A stretch of 64,000 bases of DNA, taken from assembly GCF_964355755.1 (NCBI RefSeq), contig NC_092672.1, forward strand, positions 7,136,441-7,200,440, written 5' to 3'. Of the stretch, positions 35,564 to 47,470 are shown one piece after another. The translations under genes were made by a program, and so were the position numbers. Numbering within the stretch: the first letter of the stretch is position 1; each line of letters begins with the position of its first letter. The notes under the pieces were generated by a model, which searched no databases, was not told the DNA's origin, and saw nothing but the letters and a program-made list of their open reading frames with translations. This stretch comes from Antedon mediterranea (lineage: Eukaryota; Animalia; Echinodermata).

Positions 35564-36632
35564 AATATCTGATGATTATTCATTTTGCTGTTTGTTGGAA
35601 GATGTTGGTTTTAACGACGTTGACTGTACGCCAGATGCAGACGTGTTTTCATCATGTGACAATCTTATGCAGAATGTGTACCTTAGAGCTTTCTTATGGT
35701 TGTTTGGACTGAGTGCACTTCTTGGAAACAGTTTTGTAATCTTATGGCGATGGATAAATTGGCCTGCAAAGAAAAGTCCATCTTACACACAATCGTTTCT
35801 AATTACTAATCTTGCAGTTGCCGATATGCTTATGGGGTTGTATATGTTGATCATTGCCAGTGCCGATTCCTACTATCGGGAAGATTACGTCACACATGAT
35901 AGCGAATGGAAGGCCAGTCGAATATGTACGCTTGCAGGAATCTTAGCCTTTCTATCCAGTGAATCGTCTGTGTACACTTTAACCGTCATTAGCTGCGACA
36001 GGTTTTTGCACATTGCATTTCCATTTCGCCGTTTTCATCTTACACAAGAAACAGTAAAATTTGCAGTGGCTGTAGGATGGTTTCTGACCCTCTTCACGAG
36101 TATTCTTCCAGCATTACCAATCCCGTACTTTAACAATGAGTATTACGGTGTCACCAGCGTGTGTCTTGCATTGCCATTAACGTCGGAAAAAGTGAGAGGT
36201 TGGGAATATACCGCTGCGATTTTTATAGGTTTTAATTCGTTATGCTTCTTGCTAATTTTTGTTTGTTATTCAGGTGTGTTCATTTTAATAAAGATATCGA
36301 GTAGTAAAGTAAATCAAGCAGGAAACATGAATTCTGACAAGAATAAGCACATTGCAATTGCTATACGAATGGCTGTTATTGTCGCTACTGACTTCTGCTG
36401 CTGGGTACCCATCATAATAATGGGTATTTTATCATTGACAACATCTGTTAACATACCCGCCACGGTATATGCCTGGGCTGCAGTCTTCATTTTGCCAATA
36501 AATTCAGCAATTAACCCATACTTATATACAATAGCATCTTTAAAGAAACTTCAAAGGCAACTAAAACCTTCTAAACATGTATCAGAAAGTATGCCAGCTA
36601 CGGAAAGAATAAATGTGAAAATTGGTACGTAA
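35564..36632 (+). CDS. Mosaic receptor large exon: LRR C-terminal cap + rhodopsin-type 7TM (LGR-like), to stop TAA (or alternative donor at 36624/36625)
   Basis: Acceptor agttttttcatttcAG; ISDDYSFCCLLEDVGFNDVDCTPDADVFSSCDNL then 7 hydrophobic helices; CDRFLHIAF (DRY-like) after TM3; NPYLY in TM7; ORF 35592..36632. Confidence 0.85.
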
Positions 36633-36985
36633 AGAAAATTGTCTATTTCTTTATGTAATTAGGATGATAAATCGCCGTTACTGTTACTACAGAGAGAACA
36701 AAAAGTGTTTTTATTCTATATAAATAGTTTGGTCTAAATTTAAACGAACATTTATTTTTAGTAAGTTTTCTAGCCCTCTAAGTAATAATAATGGAAACTG
36801 TTTTCCAAGGGTCCCTCCTACGTTAATTATTTTATAATTGATTGTTAAACTTTTGTTATGTATGTCACGGAAACTGAACGTCATACATCACGTCACATTG
36901 TCTCTCTCCACCTAGTTACAGTAAGAACAACAAGCAATTATTGTAGTCATACTTTTAACTCTTGTTTTTGTCATTGTTTACTCAG

Positions 36986-37155
36986 AAGGTGTAACCATCC
37001 CACAAAATCGAAAAGAGCAATCTACCGTTGAGAAAATCGAAGCTATGTTATCAACTGGAACAGACAGACATGGGAAAGAACTTGATGCAGACGTACGTAA
37101 ACACCTTTCAATGGCGTTGAGATTTGCTAAGCAGCAACAGGCTGGAATTGTACAA
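36986..37155 (+). CDS. Candidate additional C-terminal tail exon of the receptor (phase 1 in, 0 out); speculative
   Basis: Phase-compatible with potential donor ATT G|GTACGT at 36624/25; acceptor tcattgtttactcAG; open frame EGVTIPQNRKEQSTVEKIEAMLSTGTDRHGKELDADVRKHLSMALRFAKQQQAGIVQ; donor CAA|GTAAGA. Confidence 0.3.
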
Positions 37156-37184
37156 GTAAGAACGTTTATTTATATTGTTATGTA

Positions 37185-37330
37185 AGTACACATCACAAAA
37201 CAGAAAAATTTCTGAATAAAATGACAATGCGGTTCGTAGGCCTGTCAGTAGCTGGATCTCAATGGAGATTCAAATAAAATATGCAAAAATATAAATCTGA
37301 GCTTTCGCTAAACCGTGTAATCCTTCGTTA
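37185..37330. repeat. Partial copy of the MITE family seen at 56510-56945 (TIR-related sequence)
   Basis: aatgacaatgcggttcgtaggcctgtcagtagctggatctcaatggagat matches the TIR aatgacaatgctgtgggtatcagtggctggatctcaatggagat. Confidence 0.4.
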
Positions 37331-38244
37331 AACCGTGTAATCCGTCGTTAGGGCAAGTATATTATACTTATAAACTAGTGTTATGGGCAAGTTGCCTATC
37401 TTATCACCTATTGGCTTCAAATATGCTCCCCGCCGCAGTAATGATTTTGTGTGAAAAGTGTGAAGGATAACCATAATTCTGTTGTAGCCTTAAAATATAA
37501 AATATACAAATACATTACAAAAATATCATGTAGCAAATTAGGTTCAGTTATCTATATATAAATTATTACGTAAGAACAAAATTCGGTAAATCGCGTGTTA
37601 CTAGAATGTTTAGGCCTACTCGATGGTATGATAAAGTTGGTTCGTACTTTCGATACTGATTTTAACCACCTGATGTAACCCTGTTTACTGATTAAATTGA
37701 GTTAGATAATTAGTTATTGACAATTAAATTTAGGTTTAACGATTTGCCCCAAATAGGGTCAAATAGGATACACGGTCTAATGGATGTCTATCTAGAAAAA
37801 TACCCGCACACAATAATACGAGGATGCCTCGCATTTTCTCCTAATCTCCTCCTACGATAATTGTTTTTAATAGCTGAAAGCCGGTTGAACTTTTCCAGTA
37901 CAGCATTATAATGTTGAAGACCGGCTGATTTTCTTTAAAAAATACTATTTTGATAGATTTAATAGACGTTTATAGGCCTACAAAAGGATTGCTTGGCGAT
38001 GAATGGAACATTAGTATAAGATAATGCAAGTTGTTTCTATGTTGTATCTAAATGAACACATGTCGTGTAAAGCCGATTTTCCACCAGGCGAATTGTTTCA
38101 CGCGAATCAAAAGCGTCAGCTTTTACGCATGCGTAGATATGGATTTGGAAGACGCTTTCGAGTTGTACGAACAAATTTGCCTATTGGAAAATCAGGTTAA
38201 ATGACAATAAAGATGTATTTATTGTTTTCTTTGGTTTCTTGCAG

Positions 38245-38391
38245 GTTGAGGTTGAGGATTGTGTGGAATCCGAAGAAAATACACAAGAAGAATCTGAAGA
38301 CACTACACAAAATCAAACTCAAGACGAAACACAAGAACGAAGCGAATACTGTATAGGGGTATCTAATTCTGCTTGTGATAACGTTATATAA
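38245..38391 (+). CDS. Candidate terminal exon copy A (acidic Ser/Thr/Glu-rich tail; stop TAA 38389-38391)
   Basis: Acceptor ttctttggtttcttgcAG; VEVEDCVESEENTQEESEDTTQNQTQDETQERSEYCIGVSNSACDNVI*. Confidence 0.3.
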   Translation, partial: VEVEDCVESEENTQEESEDTTQNQTQDETQERSEYCIGVSNSACDNVI

Positions 38392-38488
38392 GATGACCCG
38401 AGTAGTTTCTCTGTTGCATCTAAATGAACAAATAATAAGTCGTGTAAATAACAATAAAAACGTATTGTTCTGTTTTGGTTTCTTCTAG

Positions 38489-38677
38489 GTTGAGGATTGT
38501 GTGGAATCCGAAGAAAACACACAAGAAGAATCTGAAGACACCTCACAAAATCGATCTCAAGACGAAACACAAGAACGAAGCAAATACTGTATAGGAGTGT
38601 CTAATCCTGCCTACGATAACGAATCATACGTCACTACAAGTCTCACCTATCAAGACGACACACTTTTTCAGCATTAA
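38489..38677 (+). CDS. Candidate terminal exon copy B (tandem duplicate of copy A with longer C-terminus; stop TAA 38675-38677)
   Basis: Acceptor tgttttggtttcttctAG; VEDCVESEENTQEESEDTSQNRSQDETQERSKYCIGVSNPAYDNESYVTTSLTYQDDTLFQH*. Confidence 0.3.
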   Translation, partial: VEDCVESEENTQEESEDTSQNRSQDETQERSKYCIGVSNPAYDNESYVTTSLTYQDDTLFQH

Positions 38678-41600
38678 ATGACAGTTCCAAAATAATATCG
38701 AACAATATCATAGTCTCTTTCATAAATTAATGCTAAACATTTTTTTCTCTGAACAAATATGTTTGTACAATATTTTGGTTGAATACGTCATATTAATGTC
38801 ACATAATAGTCACATTTGTAATATTTATCTGACAAAAACTGTTATTTAAAGTCTGATTTGAATATAATTATCAATCTTTATTTTTCATGTTCTTTTGGAA
38901 AAAACATGTTTATTGTAGTTTAAACCATAGTACATTGTTACTTATAATTGGCTAAAACTCATTGGTCAGTTCAGCAATTTCCATAGAATTTAAGGTAATC
39001 ATTTTGTAAATTTATAAATACTGTGCGATGTACGTTTCTCTTTTATTATTGTAAATACTTACTTAAAAAAAAAATTAGGGCAAAGTTCGATCCTTTTTTA
39101 ATTTTTTGATAAATAATCCTGTGTTCTGCGCATGTTACCTCAACATATTTTAGCCATTTTCCGAAAAATCCATGTACTATAGTACAGAAAAATTTTCGAA
39201 TTCCGATAATTTTAATTTAGTAAAACTACTATTTTCATAAATGACATGCGCAGAGTCACAAATGTTGAAAAACCTCAATACATACGGTATAATTGAAAAT
39301 TTTGCTATTTAGGCTATTTTTCGAGAAAAAAAAAATTCTTTCAATTTTTTCAAAAAATGGCCAAATTTTGAACCTTTTATAGTGTTATATTTGACATGCG
39401 CAGAATAATGCAATATAGTCTGCGCATGCTACCTCAATTGTGTTAAACAGTATATATTTAAACATTTTTCGAAACTGGGACCGCAATTTCGGAAAGCATA
39501 AGTTGATATATTATTAGCTAATTGTAGATGAGGATGACAATGATCTGTAAAAGAAAAAAAAATACGAAAAAACTACGTATTAATTCTAAACAATTTAATT
39601 GTCATTCAAAAATCTATTTCAAGAAAAGAACATTTCGACCTACTCATGATATTACAAATATAAATATTTACTAGGAGAATCCCTTATTAAAAGAGGAGCA
39701 ACTATCCCACAGTCGTACAGTAAAAATACATTAGTAGATTTCAAACCCAATACAAAAACAACCTCGATTAAACCATTACTTAGAATAACTATTCTATAAA
39801 ATAAAATAAATTATGTATTTAGTTGGATAATTAATAAGGATAATTAATGCAATAGAAACATTATATAAGACATAATGAATAAAATAACTTATGTACTGTA
39901 TACATTTTCGATATAAACTTCTTGATGAAATCAAGAATGCCGTGCCGTAATTGTATATATCTATTTTCATAAAATTTGCTAAAAAACAAAAATATATGAT
40001 TTGATTTTTTTTAAAATCATTATTTAAAAATAAGATTCTGGTAAAGAACCGTAATACATAATGCTAATAATAAAATAAAGCATTGCAATTTCAGGAGTGC
40101 AGGCTATAAAAATAAAACCAGGCGTACTTTAAAATATATATGAGTTTTCAAAAGATACTTTGGTTACGGCAATAATACAAATATGGAATGTAACTGGATG
40201 TGATGTGAATACATTAATCTAAAATAATCAGTAATCTAAATTTTTAAACAAAAAATAACAAAAAGTACATTAAAATTATTATTTATAAAATGAAATTAAT
40301 TTCTAGTAGTAAAATTATTAACAAATAATTATAAGGATGACGATGATCCAAGTAAAGTAAATTGGGTTCCTGCTAAACTTTTAGATCAAATTGATCTTGT
40401 TGAAATCTCTAATGTATGATAGGTAAATTCTGCATCATACATCATAAGCCCAACAGCTTAATACAGGTTCAACATATGATATATACAGTATGTGACACTG
40501 TACTATTACATAATTGCCTAATACTGTACAATTTATGCCATATATGTGAACACAAAGTACAGAAAACTGTGTGAAATAACACAAAATTACAGTTCGAAAG
40601 ACCAGTAAATTCAAATTGATAAAAGTGCTAAAAACGGCACCAAACTGTAATCAATTAAATGGCCGCTCTACATGTTTTAATTGCATGTCTACAGTCTTAC
40701 ATTTTAATAATAGTCCCATTTCTGATGGCGAAAAAATGGAGTCAAACATTCACACTATTAAATCAGTTTTTTTTTTACTTCAAGCAGTAACAAGACATAT
40801 GCAGATGTATTGAAACATACTCTTTATTTATTAATCAGCTTTTTTATTTCAAATACGAAAAAATTGATCGTAACATAACTTATAAATGTTAATTATTGTT
40901 TAAAATTTTAATTTTCTATCAATGTTCCATCTGATCAGTTTTCATCAAAAATATATTTGATAGAAATGAATATCGTTTTATTGCTTTTGGTTGTGCGTTA
41001 ATATTACTAGTTTATTGGAAGACAAGAGAATTAGAGCTACTAAGAACATTTTCTTAATATATTTCTGCTTGTTATTCAACTAAAATAATAAAAAAAAATA
41101 TTTTATTATAGCACATTAGCAAATATTTAATTTATTTTTTTCATTTAATATTACACTATCGGTGAAATGAATGAAATATACATCATATTTCTATTATTAA
41201 GACGACACATAATATATTATTGCCGCTAGAAATTAATTAATAAAGTTTAATTTATTTCCCCCTAGAAATGTGAATTGAAAAATCACCAAGTAGCCTAGTA
41301 ATTAGGTGGTTTAGAGGTATAGCATTAGTAAACTGGATCTGGTGGGTTCACACTTTGTGCATACATTTTTTGGAAGGAGTATAATATACTATACATTTTT
41401 GTGGTCATGTTAGAATGGACACAATTCACTACTTCCATACAAGATGACAGTGTAAAATGTATGTGTTATATTTTTATTCTATTCAGAGTCATTTAATATT
41501 TGATCTAAAAAAAATAGATAAAAACATGAAAATGAGTACTGCACAATGATCTCTAGCATGTCAGGAGCACACAGTATGAATACAGTGCAATAACTACAAG

Positions 41601-41761
41601 AAGTTCATAATTCATTAAAAAAATAATGTCATAGTTAAGTTTATAATAACATAAAATTACCTGAAGAAATGAATCATTTAAAGTTCATTACCCAAACATA
41701 CCATTATATCTAATCATATATATACACTATATTTTTGTTAATAATTAAACTCAACCAAAAA

Positions 41762-41876
41762 CTACTCTGTTTTCCAAACCTTATTTAGAACTTTAAGCAC
41801 TTCATCATAAATAACAAATACAATTGCTACATCTAGACAAACCCTTGATAACCTGGGTACAGTGCCCTTATAAAAT
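41762..41876 (-). CDS. SLC25A1: SLC25A1-like exon 6 (terminal, stop at 41762-41764)
   Basis: Acceptor ttgttgttatttcAG; [37 protein letters not shown]; ORF 41762..41953. Confidence 0.9.
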
Positions 41877-41988
41877 CTGAAATAACAACAAAAAAAAGAT
41901 AAATGTTTTACTTTCGATGAGAAATAAGGAAAACATAAAATGAACATTAACAACTATTTAATAATATTACTGAATAATTATGAGGTGG

Positions 41989-42215
41989 CCTTTAGCTAGT
42001 GAGTCGCAGTGCTTTGGGCAGTGAGTGGCTAAGTGGTTAAAAAAGTGGAATTGAAATATGACGTAGCCATAAAATCGGCAAGGGTTTAAGGCTCCCTTGC
42101 TCCATGGTTCTGGTTGTAGAACAAGTCTTCTCAGATAAGGACTATAAACTGTATGTGTACACATCTGAGTAGGGGGTTACCTCGGTGTACTCGTACCCAC
42201 ACAGCCACTGCCACA
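41989..42215 (+). repeat. SINE-like interspersed repeat, copy A (intron 4 of SLC25A1-like gene)
   Basis: Homologous in reverse complement to 43320-43560 (e.g. ggataaggactataaac, gtagggggttacc, ccatgg...gccataa blocks). Confidence 0.55.
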
Positions 42216-42459
42216 CTCATCATTAATGGGCCCTCTGGGAGATCAGTCTTTGACTGAAGAGGTCCCCCAGTATAAAAAATTAATAACAAAATAAAAATTA
42301 GAGGGGGAAAAGAACCATGAAGGCAAGTTCTTAAAGTTAAACTGTCTCAATAAAGTTCAGTATATACATAGTGAGTTTTAATACATCAACAATGCTCTGT
42401 GAGAAGTGTTATCATATATAAACATTTATAATTTATGAAATTAAATAGTTTTTACTTAC

Positions 42460-42533
42460 GCTCTAGGCCCTTCATTTTTCATAATTTGTGTTGCACAGTG
42501 CCATGTATTTTTATACTTGCTAGCTTCAAGGCC
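42460..42533 (-). CDS. SLC25A1: SLC25A1-like exon 5
   Basis: Acceptor tttttactatcatAG; GLEASKYKNTWHCATQIMKNEGPR(A); donor GC|GTAAGT. Confidence 0.8.
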
Positions 42534-42999
42534 CTATGATAGTAAAAATATATTTGCACTTCAATTTCAATACATATATTAAAAATCAGACCTTACAAAA
42601 CAGGGTACTGTAATGATGTAATTGTGCTGGTCGATTTGAGTGATTCGTTATTCTTATTCAATTAAAGAACAAGTGCAGGTATTTTTTACAAATCCTAATC
42701 AAATTAGCATTTTAGTTATACTATTCAAAAAAATATTGAGCATTATATGAAATTAAGTAAGATATTAAAATGTGTGAATGGTGGTCAAAATAAGTACCAT
42801 TACTTATTACTGACTTGACCAATTGAGAAATTGTTTGACACGACAGGATATATAAGACCTAATGAGAATAACACTTCTAAATCATACTGATTATTATACG
42901 ATTGAAATCAGCCACTGTGTCAAAATAAGTTGACATTTGTATCTAATTGGTGTTGTCTTTAAATGAACCGCAAAACTACAATAACCTGCAATAACTCAC

Positions 43000-43220
43000 C
43001 TGCATACGAGTCTTAATAACATCTAAGGGTGTGTTTCCAAACACACTACATGCTCCAGCAAAACCTCCGAATGCAGCTGTAATCAACGGATTAATGTTCT
43101 TATTTGGATCATCCCCTCTGTACCATTCACGCAGAGAGTCCATAACAAAGAATCGGATTGCTTGGTTAGATCCTTGCTTCATAATAGTGGCAGTAAGCCC
43201 TTGGTACGTGCCCCTAATAC
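43000..43220 (-). CDS. SLC25A1: SLC25A1-like exon 4
   Basis: Acceptor aattttgaAG; IRGTYQGLTATIMKQGSNQAIRFFVMDSLREWYRGDDPNKNINPLITAAFGGFAGACSVFGNTPLDVIKTRMQ; donor CAG|GTGAGT; ORF 42976..43182. Confidence 0.9.
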
Positions 43221-43319
43221 CTTCAAAATTTAAACCAATTATTAGTATTTATTATTTATACTGGGTAACCTCTTCAGTTAAAGACTGTTCTCCAGAGGTT
43301 CCAGTGTATATTACTAGAA

Positions 43320-43560
43320 TGAGTTTGTGACAGTGGCTGTGTGTAAACTAGTACACCAGGGTAACCCCCTACTTGTTTCGAAAGATGTACTAGGTTCTTT
43401 AAAGTGAACATGAACCAGATGTGTACATTGGACCTACTGTTTATAGTCCTTATCCGAGAAGACACGTTCCACCACCAAATCCATGGAGCGAGTGTGCCCT
43501 TGCTGATGTTATGGCTAAACGTATTATGGTGGTGCTGGATTATACCAGAGGATATACAGT
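43320..43560 (-). repeat. SINE-like interspersed repeat, copy B (intron 3 of SLC25A1-like gene, inverted relative to copy A)
   Basis: Reverse complement aligns with 41989-42215 with a ~50 bp indel. Confidence 0.55.
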
Positions 43561-43639
43561 ATTTCGTTTTCTATGACTTTTTAAATTGTTACATTACTTT
43601 AATTATAAAATATATACAAAACATATTTGTATTTGCCTT

Positions 43640-43668
43640 TTATATACAGTATATATATATATATATAA
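43640..43668. repeat. (TA)n microsatellite
   Basis: atatatatatatatataaatatata. Confidence 0.8.
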
Positions 43669-43729
43669 ATATATAGATTAAGATTATAAAGGTTTGTAAA
43701 AACAATGTCATTTGTGACACTGTATTTAC

Positions 43730-43956
43730 CTTGTTGTTTCACTATTTCCTTGACCCCATGTAGAAAGCCTCTGTACTTTGGTTTTGCCGATGTTTGATCG
43801 TTGATAAATTTTACTTTAACTGTTTCCATTGGTGTTACTGCAAGAATAGCTTCACTAACACCAGCACCTAGTCCACAGAACAAACTGCCAGTTTTACTCA
43901 AGCTTCCATCATGCCGAGTTCGCCACTGTGTTTTTAAAAATTCATTAGCTCCAAAC
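43730..43956 (-). CDS. SLC25A1: SLC25A1-like exon 3
   Basis: Acceptor ttgttttgaacacAG; [75 protein letters not shown]; donor G|GTAAAT; ORF 43599..43901. Confidence 0.9.
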
Positions 43957-45619
43957 CTGTGTTCAAAACAAATTTATATCAAAAGTTTAATATCTAAAAT
44001 AATAGTCTTGTCCCAAAGTGTTTTCGGATTCTTAAAAACGTTTAAACGTTGTATTTATTATTATGTTTCCGATTAGTTATTATACATGATGTTGGTGGTG
44101 GGCGGATTAATTTATCACAATCTTGAATATTTCATATTGAGTATGTATATTGTACATAGACATTAATGTTTATATTTTGTGTTTTTGTTAGCCATTGCCT
44201 GTAAAGCTCTATCTACACTATCAAAACTGAGAACAAAATGTGATGTGACCATAAATGGTCACAATGATGTCATATCACTACCATATTTGAGCACATCACT
44301 ACCAAGAGGGAGGGTAAATATTACTAAAAATGGTTTTGTTAATCGTTTGCCTAAGTTATACCACTCACTATGTAAAATTGATGGATCTGTTGATATTTTT
44401 TTTGATTCCCTTGCTTGTTTCCGTCACTAGGTTTTGTCTAATGTCAGTAATATTTAAATGTTGTCTTGTTATCTATTGATTTTTGCTTGTATATAATATG
44501 TTATATTTTACGACTTTCAACCCTGTTAATGGTGACGTTTGGTCACTGTAGGGTGATGATGAAATAAAATAAAAAATAAAAAAATTTTTGGGCATGTCAC
44601 ATTTTTTTTTATTAAACTAGTTTTATAGTAGACAAAGCTTGATTGGGAACTTTGTTCCTGTTAGAATGTTTTTGTGCAAATCATTTAGTGGAAAATTAGG
44701 TTTTTTAAAGCAGATATCCATGCACAGCTTTTTTATACTGGGTTTATAAGGGGCTATCGTAAGATTAACAAGTAAAAGCCAATTTATGAAGATTTTAACA
44801 AATGCTAATTTGGCTGTACAAATTGTTGAATAAATAAACATCACTTTACACAAAAGGGAACGAAATAAAAACAGAATACAATGCAATCAATTATGGTGCT
44901 GGTATGGCAGTAGTACTGTGTACAGTGCTGTACTACACTGAAATGTAGGACATTCACAAATAATGTGACCAGCCAGCCAATGGAAATCCAGATGTTAATT
45001 TGTATAAAATGTATGAGCACACAAATATTGCGATGTGTACAAAAAAGGCAATTAAAATAAATCACAGTCTAATAGCTAAATCCACTAAGACTTGATATAA
45101 AATAAATCACAGCATAATCCTATAAGACTTGAAATATCCAATTTAGAAGGCATCATTTATCACTGGACACACAGTGTTCAGCAATTAATGATGATACGTT
45201 TGTGCAGGTACATATAGGTACAATTCTGTGGAGTGTTCTTCGAATTGAAAGTAACTAAATGATGTGCAAACTCCTAATTGATATGATATCTAATCTACTG
45301 TAGGATAAACTTAACACAAAAGAGTGAAATATATTTTACTTTTTATCAACATTTTTTAGCTCTTGTGTGAAGTTTCAATAATAGAACTACAAACAAAAAT
45401 CCAGTGTTTTTTTTACTTTTTTTTTCCAAATTGGAACATTGTACTGTATATGTTTTAATATGTATTGTATTTTGCTATTTTATATGTGCACAGCCCCAGG
45501 GGAAAACAACCCTGTGTTCATCTGGGCCTCTGTGGATAAAATAAAGTTGAAATTGAAATTTAATAACTTAATAATATTTTAAATTAAGGAACTTGAAAAT
45601 ATTTGTTAGACTTGCTTAC

Positions 45620-45827
45620 CTAACAGCTGATTTTGGTACCGACCCATAGAGTAATGGACTTAGTCCTCGATAGAGGCCTCGAACACCATGGTTTTGGACG
45701 GTGTGTTTAGCACAGTGGATGGGGCCCTTGTACATGGGCTTTGAAGACCGCTCATCAAGCTGTAGTTGTGTTTTTACATATTCAGTAGGAAATGTGATAC
45801 AGATTTCAATACCACCTGCAATGCCAC
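45620..45827 (-). CDS. SLC25A1: SLC25A1-like exon 2
   Basis: Acceptor tttgtttacAG; [69 protein letters not shown]; donor AG|GTAAGC; ORF 45616..45837. Confidence 0.9.
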
Positions 45828-47388
45828 CTGTAAACAAAGTAAATTATATAATTAATATGCTAAATAATACCAAATTTGGTAAATCTACAAGTGCACATAA
45901 TGTTAATAGCATACATTACACATCGTTTTATTTGTACACAAATTTTACAATTTATCAAGTACACAATGTGTATGCAGTTTTTTTGTGATAGTGTTGTTAA
46001 CTGTAAATTCTTATCACACACTAATTACAATGAAAAAAGAAACAATGGATAGCTTATAGAGATAAAAAGGTCAAATGTCAATTTACATGTTAACAAAAAA
46101 TCAAACATAATACCTACTGTAAGTAGTACAAGATTAAATACTGTAGTTATAATTTATTTTTGCATCATCATCATCATTATGACAAATTTTAATTCTGTAA
46201 ATTATATTACAAAAGTATGTGGGGATAAAAAATAATTAATAAATAATAATTGACAGACATTGAAAAACTCTAAACTGCTCATAATAGTGACATACTGGAA
46301 ATTAATTATCTAAACGGTTCTTTATTTAAAATAAGAAAAGTGTGAGAATGAAAAAAAAAACCTAACAAGATTCAAACCCACAATCTTCTGTGTGATATGT
46401 AGACATCCAAAAATTAGACCACTTTCATGGTATGGTTCAAATTTGGCTGGATAGCAACTCTTTTAAAGATGTATTGTCCCCAAAAAAACATGAAAAATGA
46501 AGATTGATAAAATTAGACTTTAAATAGGTCATTTTGCAGTTTTGTTAAAAGTTCACTTCTGTAAAAAAAAAAAAAAAATAAATAAATAAAACAAAATAAT
46601 TATTTCACTTATAAAAAGACAAAAGAAATGCTTAATTGTAACCAAAAACCATTGTCTAGCAGACAATGTATTTTAAGTATGTTCATTGTTTTGCTTTAAA
46701 TTACAGTTTTTGAGGTAAATAATTTTTTTCCGATAAAATGGCATATTAAACAAAATTTTAAAAAAAAAATTTGTTAGGGGGACAATATATCTTCTTCTAA
46801 AACATGTGTGTAAGTGTACTGTATGGCCTGAATATCCATCATAAAGGTGTTTGTATAAAATATTCAATAAGTTTACACGTACGATAATGAAAAATGCTGG
46901 TATGGTATGCTGTAAGTTTATACTTTCAAAAATAAAATATAATACAGGACTTTTTAATTATAATTATAAAAAATAAAGTAATATTAAATTAAAACAAAAC
47001 GATTAAGCAGAGTTTTAAACATATTACATAGGCATATACTTTCTGGGTTTATATTTTTGTCTACTGAGTACAATGTTTTTTTTTATTTTTTATCAAACCT
47101 ACCAGGCTTTTTAGGCTACAGTAGTACCAGCATGACATAATACTAATAGCATACATGGTTGTCTTTAAAATTATACGACTGCATACCCTTACACAGAAAA
47201 ACAATCATGTTTATTAAAACAATAAAATAAAATCATTATACATGGGGAGGGTACGAAAGTGTAGTATTCTTCTAATGACTAGTGTACATAGTCACAGGTC
47301 ATGGTTTTAGCCTAACCGTGTCCTTCAGCCTATAGGTGTGATTGGTTTGGAGGAGGTGGGAAGGAGGTGTGTCAAAAACAAACTTTAC

Positions 47389-47470
47389 CTGCAAGAATAG
47401 CTTTGCCTGGGTGGGTTTTCTTTCCGCCGGTTCTTTGAGGTGCTGAAGCAGCCATTACCTGTCGTGGCAT
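47389..47470 (-). CDS. SLC25A1: SLC25A1-like mitochondrial citrate carrier, exon 1 (start ATG 47470; alternative in-frame ATG 47455)
   Basis: MPRQVMAASAPQRTGGKKTHPGKAILAG resembles the vertebrate N-terminus ...THPGKAILAG; donor G|GTAAAG at 47388; ORF 47372..47665. Confidence 0.8.

Noticed and set aside
36624-36632. Treating the receptor as unambiguously ending at TAA 36630-36632
   Set aside because: Not rejected, but tempered: the same bases form a consensus donor and a phase-matched exon follows. Both outcomes are reported.
38197-38570. Minus-strand ORFs 38197..38454 and 38319..38570
   Set aside because: Antisense to the duplicated acidic exons, which have proper acceptors and stops on the plus strand.
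44179-44430. 83-aa plus-strand ORF inside SLC25A1-like intron 2
   Set aside because: No splice context or recognisable homology; likely random ORF.
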